DNA of 16,946 bases. Source: Candidatus Heimdallarchaeota archaeon. Lineage in GTDB: Archaea; Asgardarchaeota; Heimdallarchaeia; Heimdallarchaeales; Heimdallarchaeaceae. A program made the position numbers and the translations under genes. The stretch is taken from NCBI GenBank assembly GCA_019057815.1, contig JAHLWR010000037.1, positions 1 to 16,946 on the forward strand. The letters run 5' to 3'. The notes under the pieces are model-generated. The model was given only the letters and a program-made list of their open reading frames with translations. It did not search any database and was not told the origin of the DNA. Below, piece after piece: positions 1 to 7,180 of this stretch; positions within the stretch are counted from its first letter, which is position 1; each line of letters opens with the position of its first letter.

Positions 1-59
1 TTAGGCTCAGGTTTAGATTCAACTTTGGGCTTAGGTTTGGATTCAACTTTAGGCTTAGG
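1..59 (-). repeat. 24-bp coding tandem repeat (PKPKVESK), about 2.5 copies visible, in the uS4 tail
   Basis: CCTAAGCCTAAAGTTGAATCCAAA (59-36), CCTAAGCCCAAAGTTGAATCTAAA (35-12), CCTGAGCCTAA (11-1). Confidence 0.9.
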
Positions 60-803
60 TTTAGGTATAGATTTATCTACTTGAAGAGAACGTGTTGCAC
101 CAGCTTTCGGTGAGACCTTAGAAGGAGGTGTTTTAGAAGGCCTACGAGATTGATCAGGGGTTCTGCCTCTCTTAGTTTTTAGAGGTTCAGCTCTAGTAGT
201 GTCACTTTTTGCTACTTCCTTCGTAGATTCAGGTTCAGGCTTTATGTCACCTTTCTCTTGTTCTACAGTGAGATCCACTTGGGTAGGAGGAGCACTAGGT
301 CTAGCAGGATGACTCTCTTTTTGTAAAGAAGACCTAGGAGCATAATCTATTATAATTTCCTCCTCAGTTGTTATTAGTCTTCCAGGGGAGGTTACAATGC
401 AATTATTAATAGCTATATGTCTATGAACAATAAATTGACGAGCTTGATGAGGTGATCCTGCCAATCCTTTGTTATGCACAATAGTCTGAAGACGACGTTC
501 TAAAACAACACGAACATCAAGAGCTAAAACAGAGTCAAGGTCATTACCTTTTTGAAGCATTCCAAAACGAGATAGTTTTGAAAGAAGTTCTTCTGCTCTG
601 GTTTTACGAACATTTTCTGGTAAAGCTAATAAAGCACGAGCTTGTTGTCGAGCTTTTGAAAGGATAGTACGGGCTTTCCAAAGTTCGCGCTTGTTTCTTA
701 AACCATACTCACCCACAAGAGGTAGTTCTCGCTGAAGCCGAGCCTTATCGTAAGGATGACCAGGAGTGACAATTTTTTTTCTTTGTCTTCGAATTCCACC
801 CAT
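1..803 (-). CDS. rps4: 30S ribosomal protein uS4 with long Pro/Lys/Ser-rich C-terminal extension; 3' end runs off the window
   Basis: Hand translation from ATG at 803: MGGIRRQRKKIVTPGHPYDKARLQRELPLVGEYGLRNKRELW...LERRLQTIVHNKGLAGSPHQARQFIVHRHIAI. YGLRNKRE, LERRLQT and ARQFIVH are uS4 motifs. GGTGA SD at 813-809. Follows rps13. No in-frame stop over 267 codons to the window edge. Confidence 0.97.
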   Translation of the reverse strand, partial: MGGIRRQRKKIVTPGHPYDKARLQRELPLVGEYGLRNKRELWKARTILSKARQQARALLALPENVRKTRAEELLSKLSRFGMLQKGNDLDSVLALDVRVVLERRLQTIVHNKGLAGSPHQARQFIVHRHIAINNCIVTSPGRLITTEEEIIIDYAPRSSLQKESHPARPSAPPTQVDLTVEQEKGDIKPEPESTKEVAKSDTTRAEPLKTKRGRTPDQSRRPSKTPPSKVSPKAGATRSLQVDKSIPKPKPKVESKPKPKVESKPEP

Positions 804-813
804 TCAAATCACC

Positions 814-1266
814 TTAACGTCTCCTCTTTGTAACACCCACAGTTGAACCTTTTACAGAACCGTGAGTTCGAGTCTTTTGACCTCTAACTTTTAAATTAAA
901 CTGATGACGTATACCTCTACGACAGCGTATACGAATGTAACGTTCAATATCCTGCTTGTTTTGCAGTATTAACTGAGCTTCTGTAAGATGGATATCTTTC
1001 CCAGTTAAACGATCCTTTCTTCGATTCAGCATCCACTCAGGAACACCTAGATTTGTAGGATCAGATAACATGCTTTCGATATCTTTTATAGAAGCATCAG
1101 TGAGAGAACCAATACGTTCAGTGGGAGGAATCCCAAGAATGCGTACAATTGTATGGGCTAAGCGCCTATTCACACCAGAAATCCTACTGAGACCAAGATG
1201 AACAGGAAGTGGTCCCGGGAGATCGGTGGACTTAATACGAACGAGATGACGAAACCCGCTTGACAT
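814..1266 (-). CDS. rps13: 30S ribosomal protein uS13
   Basis: FRHLVRI...PEWMLNRRKDRLTGKDIHL...RGIRHQFNLKVRGQKTRT. Start moved to ATG 1266 because the track's GTG at 1275 is part of a GTGA SD-like motif. Confidence 0.98.
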   Translation of the reverse strand: MSSGFRHLVRIKSTDLPGPLPVHLGLSRISGVNRRLAHTIVRILGIPPTERIGSLTDASIKDIESMLSDPTNLGVPEWMLNRRKDRLTGKDIHLTEAQLILQNKQDIERYIRIRCRRGIRHQFNLKVRGQKTRTHGSVKGSTVGVTKRRR

Positions 1267-1435
1267 ATCAATCACTTTTTATGTTAGTTTACTTTGTTTG
1301 GTACCACAATCTATCATTGTGGTGCTCGTAATTCTGAGAGTTTCAGAATATGGGAATATTTAATCCCTTGAGCTTCGTCTGTGCCTTTTGAAATTACAAA
1401 CGCACCTTGACTTTAAGTTGTCTGTCAAAAAGATT

Positions 1436-1452
1436 TTTTTAAAGGTTTACTT
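1436..1452 (-). promoter_or_regulatory. Putative BRE-TATA promoter for rps13-rps4
   Basis: Minus strand AAGTAAACC-TTTAAAAA. Same purine-rich BRE plus TTT/ATTAAAA pattern as other promoters in the window. Confidence 0.55.
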
Positions 1453-1494
1453 CAAAGCGAATAAATTTACTCATGAGAGCTTGGAAGAAAATTA

Positions 1495-1576
1495 TGGAGC
1501 CAGGACGGGGATTTGAACCCCGGAACCTAAGGCACTAGATTTCCAATCTAGCCTCATACCGCTTGAGTATCCTGGC
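1495..1576 (-). tRNA. tRNA-Ser(GGA), intronless, CCA encoded
   Basis: GCCAGGA-TA-CTCA-AGCGGTA-TGAG-G-CTAGA-TTGGAAA-TCTAG-TGCCTTAGGTTC-CGGGG-TTCAAAT-CCCCG-TCCTGGC-T-CCA. All four stems pair, anticodon GGA, class II variable arm. A tRNA-Ser upstream of rps13 is a known archaeal arrangement. Confidence 0.96.
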
Positions 1577-1635
1577 GAGAACTATAAATTACAATCGTAT
1601 TGTAATCTAACTCTATTCTTCACTCTTAACTTTTA

Positions 1636-1650
1636 TTTTAAAATGTTTCT
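1636..1650 (-). promoter_or_regulatory. Putative BRE-TATA promoter for tRNA-Ser
   Basis: Minus strand AGAAACA-TTTTAAAA about 60 nt upstream of the mature tRNA 5' end. Confidence 0.5.
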
Positions 1651-1718
1651 TTGTAGTTCCCTAACATATATTCAAAATGTTAAACAAAATTACATGAAAA
1701 AGAATACGATAACCTTAT

Positions 1719-1733
1719 CAAAACTTTTTTATC
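1719..1733 (+). promoter_or_regulatory. Putative BRE-TATA for a leaderless transcript of the P-loop kinase gene
   Basis: CAAAAC-TTTTTTATC ends about 25 nt before ATG 1759. No clear SD. Confidence 0.4.
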
Positions 1734-1758
1734 TAATATTAAATGTAGATGTAAAAAC

Positions 1759-2370
1759 ATGAAAATCTTTATCCTTGTCGGTTTTCAGCTCACTGGTAAA
1801 TCTAGCCATGGTCATAAAATGGAAATCGAAGAAAACATTCCTATGATTGAAACTGGTCACGCAGTTTATTATGAGCTGCAACGGCAAGGTTTGGAAACCA
1901 ATCATGCAAATACTTCTAAAGTCATTAAAGGTTTATTATCAAGAAATCCAACAGTTTTTACTCAAGCAATACTAGAATTCGAGGAGAAAAAATACCAAGA
2001 TTCATCTATAATGCTTTTCAATGGGATCAAATCACCTGCAGAAATAGATTACATAAAAAAACGATTTGGAAAAGAGAACGTACGTGTAGTGGGGTTTCAT
2101 GCGTGTCAAATGACAAGATTTGGAAGAGTAAAAAACCCCGATAGGTTTACAGTTTCAGGACGTTTCCAGCAAAAAAAGCAAGAAGATGAAGATTTAGCTC
2201 TACTGGAAAATTTTACTAGTCGAGATACAAGAGAGATAGGTCTAGGGATAGGCATTGCTTTTTCTTTAGCAAATGAAATAATTATAACTGAAAATATTCA
2301 GTGGCCATATTATGATTTTGAGATATCATATAAAAGTTTCAAAAACTACATCTTTTACAAAAAAAACTAA
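1759..2370 (+). CDS. UPF0200-like P-loop nucleotide-kinase-fold protein (dephospho-CoA-kinase-like / 'AAA family ATPase')
   Basis: N-terminal Walker A GFQLTGKS. NGIKSPAEIDY matches the family DGxRSxxE motif. Also TRFGRV and RDTREIGLGIGIAFSLANEIII (family RDxREL.GIG.....AD..I.N). Confidence 0.75.
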   Translation: MKIFILVGFQLTGKSSHGHKMEIEENIPMIETGHAVYYELQRQGLETNHANTSKVIKGLLSRNPTVFTQAILEFEEKKYQDSSIMLFNGIKSPAEIDYIKKRFGKENVRVVGFHACQMTRFGRVKNPDRFTVSGRFQQKKQEDEDLALLENFTSRDTREIGLGIGIAFSLANEIIITENIQWPYYDFEISYKSFKNYIFYKKN

Positions 2371-2408
2371 GGAACAAAGAAATAGTTCTCTATTTTCTAG
2401 AAAAGACA

Positions 2409-3419
2409 CTATTTCTTTTTCATTGAAGGATAAGTCCCTATAGGCATTAATACTCTTTTTACACTAGCCACCAAACCATGATTCATCTTTTCAATTTTTT
2501 CTGCTTGTAGCTGGGTTTCACCCAAAGCGATTAACTCATTTTTTAAGGTAAATATGCCAACTATGTTACCTTCCTCAAAATTTTCAGTGTATTTGGAAAT
2601 ACCAGGAATAGCTATTGGTGCGCCATGACATACAGAATCTACCGCGTTGTCTTTCATAAAAATCTTAGGTATATGTGTAACTCCATACTCCATTGGTAAG
2701 ATTATATTTCGTAGGGGTATCTCATCATTTTCTTCTTTAAACCACATAAAAGCATCATACAGCGCTAGTAAACTTGATGAAAAAACATCTTCAGTAAATG
2801 GACCAGATCTAATTCTACGTAACTCTTTCATATGAGCTCCACCACCTAAACTTTGTCCAATGTCGTGCGTGTACTTTCGAATATACGTTCCTGCTTGGCA
2901 CTTTATGCGAAATAGTACTTCGCGATCATGTATTTCTATAATTTCGCTCTCATAAATGGTTCTAATCCTCAGCACTCTTTTTACACTTGACCGTAAAGGA
3001 GGTCGTTGATAAATGTGACCAGTATACTCGTCTATAATGTTACGAATAACATCCTCTTCAACATCAGAATGAAGACGCATATTACAAATATATTCTTTTC
3101 CAGCAAGAAGAAGAGTATCTAAAATCCTTGTTGCTTTGTCTAGTGCAACGGGTAGAACACCAGTTACTTGAGGATCTAATGTACCTGAGTGTCCAGCTTT
3201 TGGAATGTTTAGTATCTTTTTCACTATACTGACTACTTCGTGACTTGTGGGTCTTGGTGGTTTATCAAGATTAATTATGCCATACTGTAACAATTCCCTG
3301 ATTGTTCTCTTTGTTGGTACTTTTCCATACTTAAAATCAGTAGTATCATCAGATAAAATTTGAATTGGAACATTATCATCTACTAGCTTAATATCAGGTA
3401 GGGAAAAGTGTAATGTCAT
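2409..3419 (-). CDS. cbf5: H/ACA RNA-guided pseudouridine synthase Cbf5 (TruB family, PUA domain)
   Basis: INLDKPPRPTSHEV, catalytic GHSGTLDPQVTG, IYQRPPLRSSVKR, CQAGTYIRK, GAHMKELRR, C-terminal PUA-like domain. Confidence 0.98.
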   Translation of the reverse strand: MTLHFSLPDIKLVDDNVPIQILSDDTTDFKYGKVPTKRTIRELLQYGIINLDKPPRPTSHEVVSIVKKILNIPKAGHSGTLDPQVTGVLPVALDKATRILDTLLLAGKEYICNMRLHSDVEEDVIRNIIDEYTGHIYQRPPLRSSVKRVLRIRTIYESEIIEIHDREVLFRIKCQAGTYIRKYTHDIGQSLGGGAHMKELRRIRSGPFTEDVFSSSLLALYDAFMWFKEENDEIPLRNIILPMEYGVTHIPKIFMKDNAVDSVCHGAPIAIPGISKYTENFEEGNIVGIFTLKNELIALGETQLQAEKIEKMNHGLVASVKRVLMPIGTYPSMKKK

Positions 3420-3472
3420 TTTATACCACTAAGTACACAAAAATAGAGATAAAAGGTTTAGGAAAGAATCTA

Positions 3473-3748
3473 TTAAGGAATTATAGCCTTTTCCATGAAC
3501 TTTTTTAAATCAGATTCTTCAACTGCTGCAAGAACATCTTCATCACTAGCGTCTCGCTTAAGTGATAGAATTTTGTCAGTAGGTTCAATGTGCCTAACAT
3601 TGCATTTACGACGACGTACTCCTGTAAGTGACTTTGGTCCTGCAACGAGTACATAGTTCTGATTAATTACGTCAATAATTACTCCTTTCTTTCCTGCTTC
3701 TCTACCATTTGTTTTTACGATTATTCTTCCAATCTGAATCGCGGTCAT
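3473..3748 (-). CDS. rpl14e: 50S ribosomal protein eL14
   Basis: IGRIIVKTNGREAGKKGVIIDVINQNYVLVAGPKSLTGVRRRKCNVRHIEPT. Conserved position between cmk and cbf5. Confidence 0.97.
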   Translation of the reverse strand: MTAIQIGRIIVKTNGREAGKKGVIIDVINQNYVLVAGPKSLTGVRRRKCNVRHIEPTDKILSLKRDASDEDVLAAVEESDLKKFMEKAIIP

Positions 3749-3750
3749 TG

Positions 3751-4299
3751 TTATTCACCTTTGTATAGTTTTTTAAACGCTGTCATTATTATCTGAATAC
3801 AATTTGAAGCGTCAAACTTCTCTGAATTGACAATCAAATCATAGACAGATAAATCAGCAATATCGATATTATACAGTTTTTGATAGCGCAGTTTTTCAGA
3901 TTTTTCTCTTATGATAGTTTCAGACCTTGTATACTCAAGCTGCTTATCATCTCTTTGCGCCATTCTTTTAATTCGTGTTTCGAAGGGTGCGATTATAAAC
4001 ACTGTGAGAGCACCCAAATCTTTTAGAAGCCAACCAGCAAGTTGGGCATCAACGACTAAATTATCTTTATCATTAGCCAAATTCACTGTTCGTTCATCTA
4101 TCTGTTTGTCAATCTTTTCATTTACTTCCGCAACTTTGCTAAATTCCTTAATGGAGAGATGACTTTGATCAGCCATTTTTCTGAACATATTACCAACAGA
4201 TACGTAAGTATAACCTAAAAGATTAGCTAATCCCTTTGCGATAGTACTTTTACCGGACCCATGAGGACCTGAAACAGCTACTATAGGCAAGTTAGCCAC
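3751..4299 (-). CDS. cmk: Cytidylate kinase, archaeal type
   Basis: SGPHGSGKST P-loop, IDKQIDER, LAGW, RYQKLYNIDIADLSVYDL. GTG start. Syntenic between eL34 and eL14. Confidence 0.93.
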   Translation of the reverse strand: MANLPIVAVSGPHGSGKSTIAKGLANLLGYTYVSVGNMFRKMADQSHLSIKEFSKVAEVNEKIDKQIDERTVNLANDKDNLVVDAQLAGWLLKDLGALTVFIIAPFETRIKRMAQRDDKQLEYTRSETIIREKSEKLRYQKLYNIDIADLSVYDLIVNSEKFDASNCIQIIMTAFKKLYKGE

Positions 4300-4302
4300 A
4301 CC

Positions 4303-4566
4303 CTATTGACTATTGCGTACATTGTTTTTAATTGCGCTTTTAAGGCACATGGAGCATAAGTATCCTGCGTGAATTCTGGAGGGTAAACGCTTAGAGCGAT
4401 GTAACTTCTTGACACGACTTTGGTGACCGAAGGCTACACCCTGAAGAATGGTGCCACAATTAGAGCAATGTGCTCGTTTGGTTCGTTTTGAAACTTTCAC
4501 AATTTTTGTCCTTGAAGGAGTGCGAACATTCCTTGTTTTTGCAACTCTTAAAGAAGGTTTAACCAT
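4303..4566 (-). CDS. rpl34e: 50S ribosomal protein eL34
   Basis: VRTP, CSNCG..LQGV, PSR..AGYLCSMC (C4 zinc ligands). GAGG SD upstream. Synteny. Confidence 0.93.
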   Translation of the reverse strand: MVKPSLRVAKTRNVRTPSRTKIVKVSKRTKRAHCSNCGTILQGVAFGHQSRVKKLHRSKRLPSRIHAGYLCSMCLKSAIKNNVRNSQ

Positions 4567-4598
4567 TTTTAGTCCTCACTACTATTTTATTGATTTTT

Positions 4599-5237
4599 TT
4601 ACTTTGATGTGGGGGATTTCTTATTAGAAGAAAGTTGTGATTGATTTTGTTTCTGTTTCATTTTGGCAGCTCCAGAAGGATTAGCACCAAAAATACGACT
4701 AATCAAAGACCCAAAAGCAAAAGATACCATGAAATACCATAGAGTAAATGTAGCTTTTGAGTAACCTAAAAATCCTTCTTCAACTGTAGGCTCAAACCAA
4801 GGATTACCGCCTACGAATGGGAAACCACCCATGCTGAAAGGTAACCAAGCATAATAGTGCCCAGAAAAGGCAGTCCTAACGATAGCGAATATTATAAGAA
4901 ATGGTACAGTTGTAATGAGCATTGGTTTCATTCTTTTCATCATCATAGATGATTGAAGCTTTTTAATTCGCTCTTCATCTCTTTTAACTTTCAACCAAAG
5001 TTTCTTATCAGCCTTAGCCATAGCTTGTTTTTTTTTCTGATTCCACTCATTGACTTTGATCATCGTTTCTTTCAATGCATCTACATCGGTTATTAGACGG
5101 GTAGCAGTGGTGGAGATTACAGATATGAAAATTGAAACTAAAACGATAAATATAGCAGATGTTGGACGTTGATTCCAACCATTTTGAGTTATCCAATTTG
5201 CTATACCTTCAAACCATGAATCCCAGAACGGGCTCAC
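4599..5237 (-). CDS. DUF106 / EMC3-TMCO1 (Oxa1 superfamily) membrane insertase
   Basis: TM1, then a Lys-rich coiled coil, then MMMKRMKPMLITTVPFLIIF (TM2), then WYFMVSFAF (TM3). Conserved position upstream of eL34. GTG start. Confidence 0.92.
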   Translation of the reverse strand: MSPFWDSWFEGIANWITQNGWNQRPTSAIFIVLVSIFISVISTTATRLITDVDALKETMIKVNEWNQKKKQAMAKADKKLWLKVKRDEERIKKLQSSMMMKRMKPMLITTVPFLIIFAIVRTAFSGHYYAWLPFSMGGFPFVGGNPWFEPTVEEGFLGYSKATFTLWYFMVSFAFGSLISRIFGANPSGAAKMKQKQNQSQLSSNKKSPTSK

Positions 5238-5287
5238 TTAAAACCACTTTCCTTTCTTCTTAATTACTCTTCCGGAAAGTGTGTCAC

Positions 5288-5304
5288 TTTTAAAAGCTTT
5301 TGTC
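5288..5304 (-). promoter_or_regulatory. Putative BRE-TATA promoter for DUF106-eL34-cmk-eL14-cbf5
   Basis: Minus strand GACAAAAGC-TTTTAAAA about 50 nt upstream of GTG 5237. Confidence 0.55.
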
Positions 5305-5336
5305 ATTAGAGTTTTCAGTTTTTTTCTTTTTTACTT

Positions 5337-6119
5337 TTATTCTTCTTTTTGTAGAAGAACAAAGAAATTATCTTTTCCATTTTTTCCTCCAAATTTTGAG
5401 AAGTTTCTTGTTTTTAACCCACTCGCCTTTATAATTTTTCCTAGTTTTCTTTTTGTGTATAAGTGATAATATCTCTGTGCTATTATTTTTCTCCCATCAT
5501 CATACCAAGGATGATATAGATCACCTAATCTCCACTTATGATTTTTTATCCGCTTATAAAATGCTAAAAATAAATCGATAATCATTTTCTTTCTTGTATC
5601 TTTTTTCCATCTTCTCCAACATGATAGAATCAAGAAACTTTCGTTTCTTAGTGTAGCTTTTACTTCTTTCAATATTTTAACTACTTCTTTCTTTGATGAT
5701 AGATGATGGATGGCAGCTATGCAAATAGCTATATCAACTGTTCCTGGTTTCATTGGCAACGTTCTCATATCAGAGTTAATAATCGATTTTTTAGCTATAG
5801 GTAATTCAACAAAGTTCTTCAGTAATTCGAAAGAAACATCGATTGCTACAAATTCCCATCTTTTCCCTGAAAAGTGTAGAAGGTTTCTCCCGTTCCCGCA
5901 ACCAATGTCCAGCAATATTCCTTCTAATGGTAGATGTACTATATTTGTAACATACTCCACATATGCTACAAAATCTCTCCAAGGTTTCTGCTTAACTTTC
6001 TGATAGAGTGGTGCAATTCTGTTGTAAGCATCCATAAGACTCTGAATTTTTGAATTTCTTGATTTCCACAACTCAGAGTATATATCTCCTAACACTTTTT
6101 CAAGATTTGTTTCCCTCAA
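5337..6119 (-). CDS. Class I SAM-dependent methyltransferase, Trm9/ALKBH8-MT-like (putative tRNA wobble-uridine methyltransferase)
   Basis: Motif I LLDIGCGNGRN, AICIAAIHHL, GDLYHPW and QRYYHLY parallel Trm9/ALKBH8 DIGCGNGK, SIAVIHH, D..VPW and RYYH.F. The TTG start is uncertain. Confidence 0.85.
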   Translation of the reverse strand: MRETNLEKVLGDIYSELWKSRNSKIQSLMDAYNRIAPLYQKVKQKPWRDFVAYVEYVTNIVHLPLEGILLDIGCGNGRNLLHFSGKRWEFVAIDVSFELLKNFVELPIAKKSIINSDMRTLPMKPGTVDIAICIAAIHHLSSKKEVVKILKEVKATLRNESFLILSCWRRWKKDTRKKMIIDLFLAFYKRIKNHKWRLGDLYHPWYDDGRKIIAQRYYHLYTKRKLGKIIKASGLKTRNFSKFGGKNGKDNFFVLLQKEE

Positions 6120-6135
6120 TCATTAAGATTAAATA

Positions 6136-6152
6136 AGAAACCTTAAATATTA
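6136..6152. promoter_or_regulatory. Overlapping divergent TATA elements for the methyltransferase (-) and oxidoreductase (+)
   Basis: Plus strand AGAAAC-CTTAAATA (6136-6149). Minus strand ATATTTAAG lies about 23-30 nt upstream of TTG 6119. The intergenic gap is only 83 bp. Confidence 0.4.
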
Positions 6153-6202
6153 TCTTCTTTTGAGTTAAATTGAGGTAAATTCCCGCTCAAAGATGTGAAA
6201 TC

Positions 6203-7150
6203 ATGAAAAAACTCAATGTTGCAGTAGTTGGTACTGGAAGCTGGGGAAAGAATCATGCGCGTATTTATAGTGAACTTCCTTATGCAAATTTATTTGGAAT
6301 TGTCGATAAAGATCTGAAAATAGGAAAAGCGATAGCAAAACAATACAACACTCAATTTTTTGAAAATCTTGATGACCTTCTCAAGAATAAAGAACTTCAT
6401 ATGATTGCTATTGCCTCTCCAACCACAAGTCACGCAAAAATAGCTATCCAAGCTATTGAACAGGGTAAACATGTATTCATCGAGAAACCTATGACTAGCA
6501 CAGTTGATGAAGCTGTGGAGGTTATAGATGCTGAAAAAGCTCATAGTATAAAAATCGGAGTTGGTTTTATTGAACGTTTTAACCCGGTTATCAAAAGATC
6601 CAAACAGCTGGTTGAAAATAAAGAACTAGGTAATTTAGTATTAATGGGTGCAAGAAGATTGGGGCCATTTTGGCCAGGTAGATTGAAAGATGTTGATGTT
6701 ATACGAGATGTTAGCATTCATGACATTGATGGATTCAGGTATATAATAGGTAAAGACCCTATTTCTATCTATGCTAGAGGCGGTAAACTAAGACACCACT
6801 ACTATGATTATGCAGAGATAATTCTGGATTTTGGCGCGGGTGTAACAGGATTTATAGAAAGTAATTATCTGACACCCCACAAGTATAGAAAACTCTCTTT
6901 AACTTGTGAACATGGAATGGTAGAAGCAGATTTTATGACACAAGAGTACATTATTGAAAATGAAGAATTCATAAAAAAGAGAAAACTTGAATGGCAAGAA
7001 CCATTAAGTGCTGAATTAGGATCTTTTGTGAAAGCTTGCTTGGAAGATAGAAAACCTTTAGTGACTTCAGAAGATGGGTTAAGAGCATTAGAAATTGCTT
7101 ATGCAGCTATTGAGAGTATTGAAACTCACAAAGTCATCAATATAAATTAA
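6203..7150 (+). CDS. Gfo/Idh/MocA family NAD-dependent oxidoreductase (UDP-sugar 3-dehydrogenase-like)
   Basis: Rossmann VAVVGTGSWGKNHAR, KHVFIEKP, VGFIERFNP, DVSIHDID, EPLSAEL. Family is secure, substrate is inferred. Confidence 0.92.
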   Translation: MKKLNVAVVGTGSWGKNHARIYSELPYANLFGIVDKDLKIGKAIAKQYNTQFFENLDDLLKNKELHMIAIASPTTSHAKIAIQAIEQGKHVFIEKPMTSTVDEAVEVIDAEKAHSIKIGVGFIERFNPVIKRSKQLVENKELGNLVLMGARRLGPFWPGRLKDVDVIRDVSIHDIDGFRYIIGKDPISIYARGGKLRHHYYDYAEIILDFGAGVTGFIESNYLTPHKYRKLSLTCEHGMVEADFMTQEYIIENEEFIKKRKLEWQEPLSAELGSFVKACLEDRKPLVTSEDGLRALEIAYAAIESIETHKVININ

Positions 7151-7172
7151 TTTTTTAAAAAACAAATAAAAA
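7151..7172. terminator. Putative bidirectional oligo-T terminator between the convergent oxidoreductase and secY genes
   Basis: TTTTTTAAAAAACAAATAAAAA gives T-runs on both strands directly after both stop codons. Confidence 0.55.
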
Positions 7173-7180
7173 GGGATTTT

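Noticed and set aside
1495-1576. tRNA as an integration site
   Set aside because: No duplicated tRNA 3' end and no integrase in the window.
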